From positions 65,348,001-65,412,000 of the forward strand of contig NC_043005.1 in the NCBI RefSeq assembly GCF_006345805.1: a stretch of 64,000 nt of DNA. The letters are read 5' to 3'. How positions within the stretch are numbered: the first letter of the stretch is position 1; each line of letters starts with the position of its first letter. The position numbers and the translations under genes were made by a program. Shown piece by piece: positions 35,991 through 49,847 of this stretch. The notes beneath the pieces are model-generated. The model did no database searches. It was not told the origin of the DNA and saw only the letters and a program-made list of their open reading frames with translations. The DNA comes from Octopus sinensis (Eukaryota).

Positions 35991-36439
35991 ATATATAGGC
36001 GCAGTCATAGCTGCGTGTCAAGAAGCTTGCTTCCCTACCATGTGTGCATGTATGTATCTATGTGTATAAGTGTGTGCATGTGTGCATGCATGTTTATGCA
36101 TGTGATTGTGTAAAATTTATGTGCGTATGTTTATATGTGAATTTGTATATATGTGCATGTAGAAAAACATATGCATACATTTATAGAAATATATATGCAT
36201 ATAAAAACACACATAGTTTCATACATATTTACATATGTACATCATCACATAGATTAAAATATTGCTACATTGATCATCGCTATAATCATGTCGTTGGGAG
36301 AAAAGGTATATGCATATGTAAAGGTCGTGCCGTTACACACAATTTTAACAAAATTTAAAAACAAAAGCCAAAATCTAAAGCATAATAGCACATATTAGTG
36401 GATATGGCCGGGACATTCATCCACTTATACACGCATATA

Positions 36440-37008
36440 CTGGGATGTCCGGAAAGTTCGTGCCGATTTTTTTAAAGGAAAGAAAAAGGTCAATAAATAC
36501 TTGCCATACCATATTTAATCAACCAAATATGAACAATTTTGTTGCACAATGCGTCTCCATCTTTCCTTTAAATTGAAAATACCCTCTTCCCAGAATTGAG
36601 GTGGTTTCATGGCAAATAATTCATCAAGGTATCTTCTTACGTCATCCAAGGAATTGAAAATTTTACCATTAAGACTATTCTGCAGAGACTTGAATAAGTG
36701 GAAATCCGGAGGAGCAATATCTGGTGAATATGGAGGGTGGGGTAACACATCCCAGCCGAGCTGCAGAAACTTTTGTCTGGTTCCCAAAGCATCAAGTGCC
36801 GAAAATGAACTTTCTTATCTTCCATTTTAAAGGGTTACAGAATTAACACAGGTTATAGGAATATAAACCTTCTTCCACGAAAGGATAGCTTAAACTGTGC
36901 TTTAAATGAAGGTGTAGTCAAATCCTATTCTATGAACTCAACCATGTTCTAAAATAAGGCGAAAGGCAAGCTACTATAAATCGGCACGAACTTTCCGGAC
37001 AACATACA
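36440..37008 (-). mobile_element. Internally deleted mariner element
   Basis: TIRs tgtccggaaagttcgtgccgattt / aaatcggcacgaactttccggaca. The N-terminus MEDKKVHFRHLMLWE is fused to the C-terminus WDVLPHPPYSPDIAPPDFHLF. Confidence 0.9.
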
Positions 37009-37189
37009 TATACGGAAACTATTTATTGTGCATTTCGAGGCACATCTGATAGTTATATAGATATATATCATACATGCATATATATTTATTTACATTCACA
37101 AATATTGATGTATATATATATTTATTAATTTTATTACACTATACAAAACTTTTCCCCCTCTTGTAAATCACCGGAATATATATATATTT

Positions 37190-37408
37190 CTTTATTGCCC
37201 ACAGGGGGCTAAACATGGAGGGGACAAACAAAAGGATTAAGTCGATTACATCAGCCCCAGTGCGTAACTGGTAGTTATTTAATCGACCTCGAAAGGATGA
37301 AAAGCAAAGTCTACCTCGGTGGAATTTGAACTCAGAACGTAACCGAAGACGAAATACCGCTAAGTATTTCGCCCGGCGTGCTAATGATTCTGCCAGCTCG
37401 CCGCCCTA
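37190..37408 (-). mobile_element. SINE family B
   Basis: cccacagggggctaaacat...aagtcgattacatc...ggaatttgaactcagaacgt...ctgccagctcgccgcc. Confidence 0.85.
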
Positions 37409-38182
37409 AATGACCGGAATATATAAAACAATGTAATATAGACTGACACTAAAAATTGTACGGTAACAAATAAAAAAGTACTACTATTTTTTTTTTTTGC
37501 TCTATTTGGATGGACAAGATATTTATCACCAAAACAACATGAATGACAACGACATTAGAAACATCAACACCGGTGACGTCTACATTAAGAGCAAAAACAG
37601 TGATCACAAAAACCTGGCTGTTGTCAATCACTATAGAAGCATAGGAGTAAATATTCAGAAGCGTTTACATATATCATACACGGAAAAGAATAACAAAACT
37701 TGTTGATATGGTTCCCACTGGACTGTGTTCTGTGCTTTGCAACACGATGGCCACAGGTGAAGTTTTTAACATTATAACTATGTTTCATCGTTGATGATAT
37801 TCCCTCGATAGTGTTTATAACATATGAAAATATCCTTTATTATAATATGAACAGATTAGAATGAATAATATTTAACAACTACATGACACCAAAGACAAGT
37901 ATGCTGTTGTATTGTAAGAGAAATGACCAGGGAAAGAACGAACTTCAGAAAGTAAAGAATCAGTAGAGAATGTAATCACGAGTATACAAAGGCGACGAAG
38001 GTCCCATCAGAGGCCGTCTCAATATGAGTTAATCCCTAAACAATGCTGTACAAAATCTGCTACCGACCAGCATGTTGTGTAATACACACACACACATACT
38101 TACATGAATACATACATAAATATATATATTATATATATAGATAATAATAATAATAATAATATTTAATAATAATAATAATAAT

Positions 38183-41100
38183 AAAAATAAACGAAATAAC
38201 AACACCAATTATAAACAGCATAAACCTAGCCGTCACTGAACTAGCCACTGAAACAAAAAAAAAGTGATATCACTGAACTAAATGACTTGATATACGCAGC
38301 AGCCTCTGCAGCCACAAAAGAAGCTGGATACTCACCCAAACCCGCCCAAACAGGAGTACCACCACCCAAACAAACCCTGTGGATAAATAACATCCAAAAC
38401 AAAATAAAAAAAATAGAAAGACCTGTCGATTCTTAATGAAATCAGCAAACAATCAACGCTACTGAGCAACAAAAAGAGAACAAAAATGCTCCGCAAATAT
38501 AACATCACAGAAAAAGATTTGCCGGAGATAAAAGAAAAGCTCAAGCAAGATATCCTTGCCAAGCTCAAAGGATCCGCCGATACGAGAAACGCCAACGCTT
38601 CTTTGAACAGAACAAAAAGTTCAACTCCACCCCCAAAAAGTTCTACCAAGAACTGGGAAAAATAAAATAGAAGTCACTGCAGCACCAACGGCAGAAGAAT
38701 TGGAAGAATTCTGAGAGAAATATGGTCGGCGAACGAACAGCCAAAAAAAAGGAGTATCAAATAACAAACTCGGCATCTGAACAACTTTGGACCCCCATAA
38801 CAACTGAAGAGGTCACCCAGGCACTGCAAAAACTAAGCAACTGGAAGGCACCTGGGCATGACAAGATCCCCAACTTCTGGTTGAAATATCTAACAGGAAT
38901 GCACAAAAGCTGGCTGAAAACTTTAACAGCATACTAGCAGAGCCAGAGACAATGCCTGAATGGCTCACGAAGGGGAAAACCATCTTAATTCCCAAATCAA
39001 ATGAAACAGCAAAACCAGAAAACTACCGACCAATAACCTGCCTCCCTACTATGTTCAAGGCATTTACTGCAGTGATATCGCAAAGGCTGAACAAGCTCCT
39101 GGACGAAAACAAACTGTTCCCAGAAGAGCAGAAAGGATGCCGCAAAGGCTCATATGGCTGTAAAGATCAACTAATGATTAATAAAGCCGTAACTGAAGAC
39201 AGCCACAGAAAGAAGAAAGGCCTCAGTATGGCCTGGATTGACTACAAAAAAGCGTTTGATAGCATCCCCCACACATGGATCCTCGAAACACTAGCCATTA
39301 ACAAAGTAGCACCAACAATCATAAAATTCATAGAGCACTCTATGAATAAATGGCAAACAGTCCTACACCTCCAAACAAAAGAGGGACTCATGAAAACCAA
39401 AGACATCCCCATTAGGAGAGGAATATTCCAGGGAGACACGCTCTCTCCACTCCTTTTCTGCTGGCACTGTCACCCTATCTGATATGCTAAATAGAACTGG
39501 ATGCGGATATAAATGTTACGGCAAAACGATCAGCCACCTTTTATATATGGATGACCTAAAACTATACGCTGCAAATGACAAACAGCTGGAACACTATTAA
39601 AGACAGTTCATGGATTTACCAAAGAAATAGATATGAAATTTGGATTAGAAAATGCGCCAAAGTAACCATGAAAAGAGGAAAACTAGTTAAGAGTAACAAC
39701 ATCACACTAGATAAAACCAATGAAATAAAAGAATTAGACCAAAGCCAAACTTACAAATACTTAGGAATCCATGAACTAGATAAGACACAACACACACAAA
39801 TGAAAGAGAAAATAAAAAAAGAATATTATAGACGAGTTAGATCAATACTAAAAACAGAGCTCAATGCTAAAAACAAGATATAGGTATCAACACTTTAGCT
39901 GTCCCAGTTATAAGTTACAGCTACAATATCCTTAACTGGACACGAAATGAACTGTCAAAATAGATAGGAAAACAAGAAAAATACTGACAGGATCTAGGAT
40001 GCATCACCCAAAATCTGACATAGAAAGACTATATATACAACGTATAGAAGGTGGTAGAGACCTTATACAGCTGGAAAACTACTATAAAATAACCACCATA
40101 GGACTGCAAAAATATCTACTTCAGAAGGAAGGAAAACTGATCGAGATAGCAGCAAACACGAGCAAAACAAAAAACTGTTCTCAGTATTTAAGAAGCTGAC
40201 AAATACAAACAAGAAATCATACCACCTAATAACATGAAGAAGAAGAAGAAGATGATGAAGAAACAACAAAAGCTATAAAACAAATGAAATCCAAACTAAA
40301 AATAGAACAGCAACGAACCATGATAAAACGATGGCAAGAAAAGCCCCTTCATGGTAAATACTGCACTAAACTAAACGCAAAAAAATAGACAAAGAAAAAT
40401 CCCAGCAATGGTTGAGAAGCTCAGGACTCAAAGCAGAAACAGAGGGATTTTTAATTGCAGCACAAGACCAAAGCCCCCCCCACCAGAAATTACCAAAAAC
40501 ATGTAATGAAAAGAAATATTACAAGTAACTGCAGAATATGTGGAGATGAACAAGAAACAATAAATCATATTATCTCTAGCTGCCCAGTCCTGTCTAAGAA
40601 GGAATATATTCACAGACATGACAGAGTTGGAACCTACATATTGGAAGCTATGCCAACATTATGGAATAACAACAGAAAAAAGATGGTATAGGCACACACC
40701 AGAAAAGGTCACAGAAAACGAGAAAGCAACCATACTCTGGGATATGCCGATACACACAGATAGAGAAATTAAGGCCAACAGACCAGATATAGTTGTCAGA
40801 GATCATGAAGAAAAAAAATGCTTTCTAATTGATGTATCAATACCGGCAGATGACAACGTGTCTCTAAAAGAAATGGAGAACTCTCAAAATACAAAGACCT
40901 GGAATAGAGGTAACTAGAATTTGGAACCTGAAAACAGAAACAATTCCTATCATAGTAGGTGCATTAGGCATGATAAAAAATATTCAGACAAATACATAAC
41001 AAAAACACCAGGACTTACAAACACATATAACATACAGAAAATTGCACTACTAGGCACTGCACACATCCTACGCAGAACACTTTCCATACAATAACCATCA

Positions 41101-41210
41101 GAGCATCACAACAAATCACAGCACATACCCAAGGCACACAGAGCTGCGCTCGGTAGTGAAGTGAAAGCACGCTATAAAAATAAAACTACTGAATAATGAT
41201 AATAATAATA
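38183..41210 (+). mobile_element. R4/Dong-clade non-LTR retrotransposon, ~3 kb 5'-truncated, RT + CCHC + RLE, frameshifted
   Basis: KAPGHDKIPNFW, ENYRPITCLP, QKGCRKGSYGC, RGIFQGDTLSPLLF, HLLYMDDLKLY, CRICGDEQETINHIISSC, PDIVV..LIDVSIP; (TAA)n at both ends. Confidence 0.92.
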
Positions 41211-41214
41211 AATA

Positions 41215-41970
41215 GGGAATAAATATCATTCCAGTCTTACAGGTAAAATTCAGTATAATAATATTAGACCGAATTTAGTAATATATAATATATGTAAATA
41301 ATTAATTTATAAATTTCGTATGTGTTATAGCTATTGTTGTAGATTTAAAAGCCTTAAGTATTATAAATCTTCAATAAATAATACACTTTAGATAGACCTT
41401 CATTTTCGATAATTTCCTTATTATTATGGTAAATATAATATGTATTTATTTCTGGATAATGGAAGCCATATTTATCTCGTGACTTTTCAGTATAAATGCT
41501 AAAGTACACTTATTTCGGTCTAATCTACAGTAATTCGACGGCAGATAAGTCATGTATTTTAAATTTATTCTAAATAATATCGACATACGAATTTTATTAA
41601 GATTATACACTAACACATATTTACATTTATTTAACTTTACATTTATTTACCTTATTAATCAGTTTCACAATAATACTATATTTGAATTTTTTAGTTCGTA
41701 ATTTTTAATATTAATGTCTTTAACTTAGGAATTACATTAAATGTTTTGTCTCTTTATATATATATTTTTATATTCCTTATTTTTTTTATTCTTTATCATG
41801 TTATGAGGTAAGTTAAACTTTTAGTTTTTAGTTTTTTTTAGGAAAATAACCTGAGGAGTGACTGCTTTTGAAAGTAAAATCATTTTTCCGTTCTCACAAA
41901 CTTGGATATGCTATTCTTATGTGATTTTATATAGTTCTAACCCAGACACGAAACGCGCGTAGTCAATGTA
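41215..41970 (+). pseudogene. Possible Penelope-like 3' remnant with hammerhead-like motif at 41845-41967
   Basis: Weak GIY-YIG-like translation, then CTGAGGA-GTGACTG...CAGACAC-GAAA-CGCGCG-TA. Confidence 0.35.
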
Positions 41971-44064
41971 CAAGTACTTTTTTTATACATTATTTTATTG
42001 TATTAATTTTATAGTTCAACTTATACTTTATTTGACTTTAGATTGTATTTTTATGATGAATGTTTCTTTGTATGGTATTCACTGTGATTTTAAAAGTATT
42101 TGCTCTTATATATTATATGATTGTAATAATCTTACTGCTCAATATTACATATTATTAAAATTTTAGATTAGGTTTTGTATGATATATGTCTCACAGAAAT
42201 TGCTTTGGACAGGTTCTTCATTGGCTGAGTTGTGGAGTGGTGGTTCGTCTCTAAATTAATTATATATATATATATTAATATATATGTATTAATATATATG
42301 TATTAATATATATATGTATTAATACGAACGACAGAGTATACCGGAAGCTTCGTTTAAGACAACGATCGTTTCACCTTACTTCTGCACTGCTCCCTAGTGG
42401 GCGGGGAACGATGTGATGGAATCGAATGCATCCCATATTGCAAAAGAAACTTCTTCAGGCCACGTAACGCGGATTACACAGCTCGAGAGAGAGAAAATAA
42501 AGCAGAGCATGAGAGATTGTTTATACGATACTAAGTCACAACAATTTATATGTGTTTTATTAACATATGGTGATTATTAGTTACGTAATGGGAAATTATA
42601 AAAGTCGTGTAATTTATGCTTTTTGTTTCTGTTGTGTGGACATCCTCAGACGACGAAGTAGGCTAGCCCAATACGTAGATATAGAAGGAGAAGTCTAGAT
42701 GTCGGGAGTTGAGTAGAGGTCATAGGAAAGTGCGATGAAACAGAAGCGACGAGGATTTCGTAGCACACACAGCCACTGTGTAGTATTGCGATATAACAGT
42801 TTCTCTTTGTTCTCTACGTATAGCCTGTGTAGCACTCAAAAACCCAAACAAAAGATGCAATTACAATAGACGAAGGGAAATACATGTGGAGTTCTTAAAA
42901 CTGGTATTTTGTTTTCAATTTACTTGTCAATTGTACATAGATGTCTGACGAAATGGTCTGGTTATTTGATAGTATAATGTTATACATTACTGAGTAAATA
43001 AATTACCCCTTCATAAGAAAGATACGTAAAATATTGCAAATGATGATGCAGCATGACTGAAACGAATACTAGAAATAGTATATCAGTCTTCATTTATTAT
43101 AAGTGTGTGTATGTTTTCATATGTAAATATACATGCATATTTGTAAAAATATGTACTAGCATATGTGCATTTGCATACACTCACTCGCATATATATGTAC
43201 TTACATTTGTGTGTATGCGTATCTAAAGATATACACATATTCGTAAATGTGTGTGTGTGTGTCTGTGTGTGTTTGTGTATATGTATATACACACACAGAC
43301 GCACGCACATATGCACACACACATATGTATATTAATGTGTGTATATATATATATATGTATACGCACACACATATATATACGTGCGCACACAATGGCCTAC
43401 AAAATGTTTTTGCCAGCAGTTGACGTCTCTCGTTTGTTATACTTTTTTTTCTAATTAGATAGGTTTTCTCTTCTTTGCATACCAGACCAGTTGTGTTTGG
43501 GAATTAACAGTAATAATAGTTTGATAATAATAAAAAAACATTATAACCATTGGGAAATAAAGGTATTGAAGAATTGGTCTGCAGGCGAGTCATCAGGTGG
43601 TATCAGCACAGAAAGTCTAATCGAGAAATATTTTACTCTTCTATATTTATTAACAAATAGTGAATAACACAGTCAAGAGATGGAGGCGTAAGAGTTATTG
43701 TACGGAGGCAGTGGGAGTGATAGACATATCAAAGCTCAGTTTTTGACGTTATGATTCTCCCAAAACACAAGAAAATATTTTATTTTTATTTTTTGTAAAT
43801 GGCATAAAAGACATTCAAATACTTGAAAAGTGTTTATTGTAATGCAAGGAATTAAAAAATAGGCCAATCTTTTGTTTTTAAGATAATGTAGACCCATGCC
43901 ACACATACAAGCAAAGTATCACAAACTAAGAAAAGACTTATCAAATCGAATCCCTGGAATAGGTTACTGAAAGCACTGGGCTTATTCCAAATGAGCTAAT
44001 TTTGCTACAAGGCAAGATGTTTGGTCGTAGAAAAGTACAAAAGACATTGCCAGATGCTCTAGAT

Positions 44065-44384
44065 TAGTGGTTCTCAACCAAGGTCCATATGGCCTCTGAG
44101 GGTCCATATAAGTTTTTTAGGGATCCACACAACAAAATAGCAAATTGGGGTTCCACTATAGTATTTTAAGGGCTCCCTGAAAAACTTTTGCTTCAGATAT
44201 ATGTATTGGTATGTATTGCAAGAAACAGCTAGGTAATATACATCAACCTTTAATATACATCAAAACGGTCAGTTTGAAAGAATTTATTCCAAAACTAGTT
44301 TTTAAACATCAAATGGTTATGGGGGTCCACCAGAAGAAAATAATAATCAAAGGATCCACATATAAAAATGGTTGAGAATCCCTG
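44065..44384. mobile_element. hAT (Charlie-like) MITE
   Basis: TIRs tagtggttctcaacc / ggttgagaatccctg; 8-bp TSD ctctagat / ctctagaa matching the nTCTAGAn target. Confidence 0.88.
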
Positions 44385-44670
44385 CTCTAGAAGATCTGAT
44401 TTTCTGTAATAATTCAATTAAATCAAAGCATGTGATGTTTTCACAAAGATAGCCTACAAAATACTGAGATAATATTTTTTTTAATTTTTAAAATGAAGTC
44501 GGTTTATTATTAACTAATTAAACTAATATGTGTGTGAGATATTGTAATATAAGTGTTTATCTATGGCTGTGTGAATGTTTGTCTGTGTATATATGTGTCG
44601 AGCCGTCAAAAGCACATTCTCTGCAGTATTAGTCTAATTTATAACTACTTTAAATAGCAACTGAGATAGA

Positions 44671-44713
<43 letters not shown>

Positions 44714-44739
44714 GCAAAGAGACATACAGACAGACAGGC

Positions 44740-44809
<70 letters not shown>

Positions 44810-45431
44810 TAGATATGTTTCTTATTAGCCACACAGGGCTGCACACAGATAGAACAATTACAAGGTAGAGCTTTTCTTTTGAAGGTTTAAAAAAAAAAAA
44901 AAAAAAAAAAAAAGGAAAGGGGGTTTCGATCAAAAGGGATCGTAAAAGGAGAGAAAAGGACAAAAAAGGTGGGGGTAAAAAAAAAAAAAAAAAAAAAGGG
45001 GGAGAGGAAAAAAAATTGATCAATAGGGATCGTTATCACAGAAATGTCAATATGAAGTGTAAAGGGGAGGACAGGTGAGGTTTACCCGTGGAAAGAAAAG
45101 CCTACGGAAAAGACCACGGTAACCTCGGTCAATGAAGTCACATTTTATATTTCTTTTTTTTTTTTTTTTTTTGCAAATAAGCAACTCTCTGTTTTCGATT
45201 TCTGGGTTCATAGGACTATGCTCAAGGTGGCTTCGTCATTCATACGTGCCATTCTTGCTACATTCACCCATCTTTTTTTAAAACATTCGCTAGACAAAAC
45301 TTGCCTCTCTACTCTCACTTTCCTTTTCAAGTGGTACTTGAAGAAGTTGATGAGAGATTGACCAGAGAGGAAAGTGTTGTCTCCAATCCTTTCAGACGCG
45401 TCCACCAAGATACTTTTCGCCATAGCACAAG

Positions 45432-45476
<45 letters not shown>

Positions 45477-45533
45477 ACAGACAGAAATAGAGAGGCGGAG
45501 AAAAAAGACAGACAGGCAGGCAGGTAGGCAGGT

Positions 45534-45572
<39 letters not shown>

Positions 45573-45698
45573 CATGAAGGTAGGTAGGTAGGTAGGTAGG
45601 TAGGTAGCCAGATAGTTAGTCAGAGAGGCAGACAGACAACCAGTCAACCAAACAGATAGACAGACAGTCAAACTGATAGTTAAGTAAACTGATAACTG

Positions 45699-46846
45699 TT
45701 GGGTTGGCAACTAAGTTCCCGCCACTTTTTTAAATTTTGGAATCTATTTTTTTCGAGAATTCTATTTTTGAATCATTTTAGAATCTATTTTGTTTTTTTT
45801 CTAGTTAATTTTAGTTAATTTTTGTTTATTTTCAGATCATTAAAATGGAATGTTAAGTTAGGAAAAACCAGCATTCTCAACACCTTCTGCTTTTTGCTTT
45901 TAATCAAGGTTCTAAGGCCGTAAAAGCTGCTTGCGACATTTGTGCTGTGTATGGAGAAGGTGCCATAGTTGAAGTTCAAAAATGGAAAGTTTGACCTTAA
46001 AGACGCACCTCGTTCTGGCCCTCTAGTTGATTTCGATGAAGGAACTGGCAGAGAAAAGGGAATGCTCCCACACTCTATAGAGAAGCATCTTCACTCGATG
46101 GGAAAGGTTCAGAAATATGGAGCATGGGCTCCGCATGCTTTAAGTGACAACAACAAAAATCAACTCATGGACACAAGCAACGATTTATTTACCCAATCGT
46201 TACTGGTGACGAAATATGGTGCCTGTACATCAATATGAAGCAGCGTAAGGAATGGCTTAGCCCCGGTAAACAAGCGACACCGCGTGTGAAACAAGATCTT
46301 CATCCGCGTAAAACGATGTTATGCGTATGGCGGAACTGGGAAGGGATTATCCATTACGAATTGCTTGAACGGAACCAAACGGTCAAGGCGGAACTCCATG
46401 CTCAACAAATGGAACGACTCAACACGGCTATTCAAAAGAAAAGACCTAATTATCAGCATGGAGTTCTTCTACTGCACGACAACGACCGCCCTCATATCAC
46501 CAATATGACCAAGGAAGTCATTCAAACGCATAGCTGGGAAGTGCTGCCACTCCCACCGTACTCTCCTGATTTGGCACCAACGGATTTCCTTCTCTTTCGA
46601 TCTCTTTCAAATGCCATGCGCGGAGTTTCGTTCAAGACTGATGCAGAATCGAGACCTTGCTTGGATCAATCTTTCGAGTTGAAATCGAGTGATTTCTACC
46701 AATGAGGTGTTGAAAATCTTGTTGAATGTTGGGAAGAAGTTGTAAACAAGGGTGAATACATTATTGATTAATTAGTTGTTATTTTTTATTAAACCTTTTA
46801 AAAAAATTTAAATTTAAAAAACGCGCGAACTTAGTTACCAACCTAA
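45699..46846 (+). mobile_element. Decayed near-full-length mariner element
   Basis: TIRs ttgggttggcaactaagtt / aacttagttaccaacctaa then TA. Translation includes DLKDAPRSG, TMLCVW, LLHDNDRPH, YSPDLAPTDF; stops and frameshifts. Confidence 0.92.
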
Positions 46847-47007
46847 TACATACATATATATTCACATTCACACATATATGCATGCCTATATAACATCATA
46901 CACTTATATATATGTAATAATATTACCAATAAGGTTTATATTCCCATGCTGGCCACTTGATATGATCGTTATTTCAAATGACGATCTTATCCTTCAATAT
47001 AAATTTA

Positions 47008-47008
47008 T

Positions 47009-47092
<84 letters not shown>

Positions 47093-47093
47093 G

Positions 47094-47167
<74 letters not shown>
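47008..47167. repeat. (TAGA)n microsatellite
   Basis: Direct reading; similar tracts at ~44660-44810, 45430-45480 and 52420-52550. Confidence 0.95.
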
Positions 47168-47168
<1 letters not shown>

Positions 47169-47169
47169 A

Positions 47170-47475
47170 GATCCCCTTCAGTCATGACTGACCATGGGAT
47201 TGCACCTGGAAAGTTTCCCTCTGAAGCACAAGTCTTGGTAAGGTTGTTTCTGAAAGACCAGCAGTCGTCCATGCATACCGGCCTCCCCTCTCCACGCCAC
47301 CAATGTTATCAAGGGAAAGGCAAAGGCCAATTACGCTTGGCACCAGTGATGTCACAATTCATTTCAACAGCTGAGTGAACTGGAGCAATAAAGAATGCAA
47401 CACACAACCCAGTCCTGGAATCGAGCTCACTACCTCGTGATTGTATGCTCAACGCTGTAACAACTGAGATATGCC
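47170..47475 (-). mobile_element. SINE family C variant
   Basis: gactgaccatgggattgcacct...catgcataccggcctcccctctccacgccacca is shared with 24535-24870. Confidence 0.8.
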
Positions 47476-47659
47476 CCTTCATATACACACACACACACAC
47501 ATATAAGAATTATATATAGTAAGGGCGCATTTTTAGGCATCAGCGTTGCCAAAAACAGGTGTCGAAACACTCCGAAACCACGAATATTAATTCTGCCTAT
47601 ACGGTTTTAGCTTGCGGCCACTAGCTTTAATATTTCTTCTGAGTATTAATGTTCGCTTG

Positions 47660-47662
47660 TGT

Positions 47663-47711
<49 letters not shown>

Positions 47712-47815
47712 GTGTGTGTGTTGTGTGTGTGTGTATGTGTGTGTGTGTGTTGTGTGTGTGTGTATGTGTGTGTGTGTTGTGTGTGTGTGTGTGTGTGTAT
47801 GCGTGTGTGTGTGTG

Positions 47816-47875
<60 letters not shown>
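47660..47875. repeat. (GT)n microsatellite
   Basis: Direct reading. Confidence 0.95.
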
Positions 47876-47877
<2 letters not shown>

Positions 47878-48633
47878 TTCATGCTTCTTGCGTTTTGAAG
47901 AACCTGTACCAAAAGTTCTTAGCAGATTGCTGGAATGGCGTTTTAAGTTGGATTTAATTAAGTAGAGTAAGAAGCAGTAGAATAACACATATCAAAATGA
48001 TTAAACATCTGAGAACACCAATGAAGATAGAACAACACTGTGCTGAAGGACTTGATAAAAGTGAGGAGGGAGAATACACATAATGAGAAACAACTAAAGA
48101 CTTGAGGATTTCTAGGACTTGTGTATAGCTATGAGCGTTTTCATTGAAATAAATCTTAAATGAGAGAGAAATTCAAAAGCATTCAGGTTATAAGTGGATA
48201 CAACTGCTTCTGGGCATTGTTTCAAAATATGGTGAGATCCTGTTCACATTTTTCAACTAAATAGAATTCTATTGATTTTTCTTTTCCCTTCATGTATCTT
48301 AAATGTATTTATAAGGAGACCTATATTTCAATGATTAACAGTTGAAGTGTTTTGAGCATATATTTAACAGTTACTCCAATATGTAGGTGGAACTATAGCG
48401 AAAGAATGTAACATAAGTTTCTGGACCAAAGTTTAAACTAGTTTTGTTCTGTGGTGTTTCCTTTAAAGTGTTACAGTTTCCGTGAAACAGTTACCGACTG
48501 ACTGTATACGTGTCATGGAAGTCTCACTAATAAACTACACGCACGTAAACGCACACATATGCGCAGAGATATACATGTGTGTTTGTATGTATGAATACAT
48601 CTATATCTATCTATCTATCTATCTATCTATCTC

Positions 48634-48674
<41 letters not shown>

Positions 48675-48678
48675 ATAC

Positions 48679-48712
<34 letters not shown>

Positions 48713-48716
48713 ATTT

Positions 48717-49030
48717 ATAAATAAGGATAATATCGATATTATCAAGTGGCCAGCATGGGAATAAATACCATCCAAAGGTAATAATTTTTTTACAACTATA
48801 AATAAGGGTGTCTCAGAGACACCATGTCGAAAAGCAGTCAAATTCTTGACTCTAAAATCCACCTTAAATGTTCATATCGCACCACGCGATAAGACAGAGG
48901 AACAAAATAGGCTAGCAAAAAGATATTACTGATTTTGGTAGTCCATTTTGTCCCTCTGTCCTATCTCATGGTACGATATGAACATTTAAGGTGGTTTTTA
49001 GAGTCAGGGATTTGACTGCTATTTCGGCAT
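48717..49030. repeat. Family E palindromic copy (inverted arms ~48825-48915 and ~48940-49030)
   Basis: gcagtcaaattcttgactctaaaatccaccttaaatgttcatatc versus gatatgaacatttaaggtggtttttagagtcagggatttgactgc. Confidence 0.7.
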
Positions 49031-49071
49031 ATATATATATTTCGGCATATATATATATATATATATATATA

Positions 49072-49130
49072 CAGGGATACATAGACATACACATACACAT
49101 GTGTTTGTATGTATGAATATATTTATGTAG

Positions 49131-49163
<33 letters not shown>

Positions 49164-49388
49164 TGTATGTATGTATAATCCCAAATAAGGGAATGTAACA
49201 CATAAAGTCCAGGCCACATATGTTTCACAGCTAGCAGAACATCGGAAGTAGTAATTATCCAAACGAGAGGCAATCTACGTCAATAGACGTCTTTTTCTTC
49301 CTGAAAGTTGTTTCTATACCTTCTACGGACTTTTCGAAGCTAACTAAATTCCTACAGCTTGAACTTTTGGATCTTAACTTTACTTATG

Positions 49389-49436
<48 letters not shown>

Positions 49437-49529
49437 ATATATATATATATATATAATATATATATATATACAGGGATACATAGACATACACATACACATG
49501 TGTTTGTATGTATGAATATATTTATGTAG

Positions 49530-49562
<33 letters not shown>

Positions 49563-49802
49563 TGTATGTATGTATGTATGTATGTATGTATATCCCAAAT
49601 AAGGGAATGTAACACATAAAGTCCAGGCCACATATGTTTCACAGCTAGCAGAATATCGGAAGTAGTAATTATCCAAACGAGAGGCAATCTACGTCAATAG
49701 ACGTCTTTTTCTTCCTGAAAGTTGTTTCTATACCTTCTACGGACTTTTCGAAGCTAACTAAATTCCTACAGCTTGAACTTTTGGATCTTAACTTTACTTA
49801 TG

Positions 49803-49808
<6 letters not shown>
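49072..49808. repeat. Local tandem duplication, ~400-bp period with internal microsatellites
   Basis: cagggatacatagacatacac...cccaaataagggaatg...ggatcttaactttacttatga occurs at 49072-49388 and 49471-49803. Confidence 0.9.
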
Positions 49809-49839
<31 letters not shown>

Positions 49840-49847
49840 ACTGTGTG

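Noticed and set aside
42316-42850. Two possible solo LTRs (TG...CA with an AATAAA)
   Set aside because: No TSD, PBS or second copy visible in the window.
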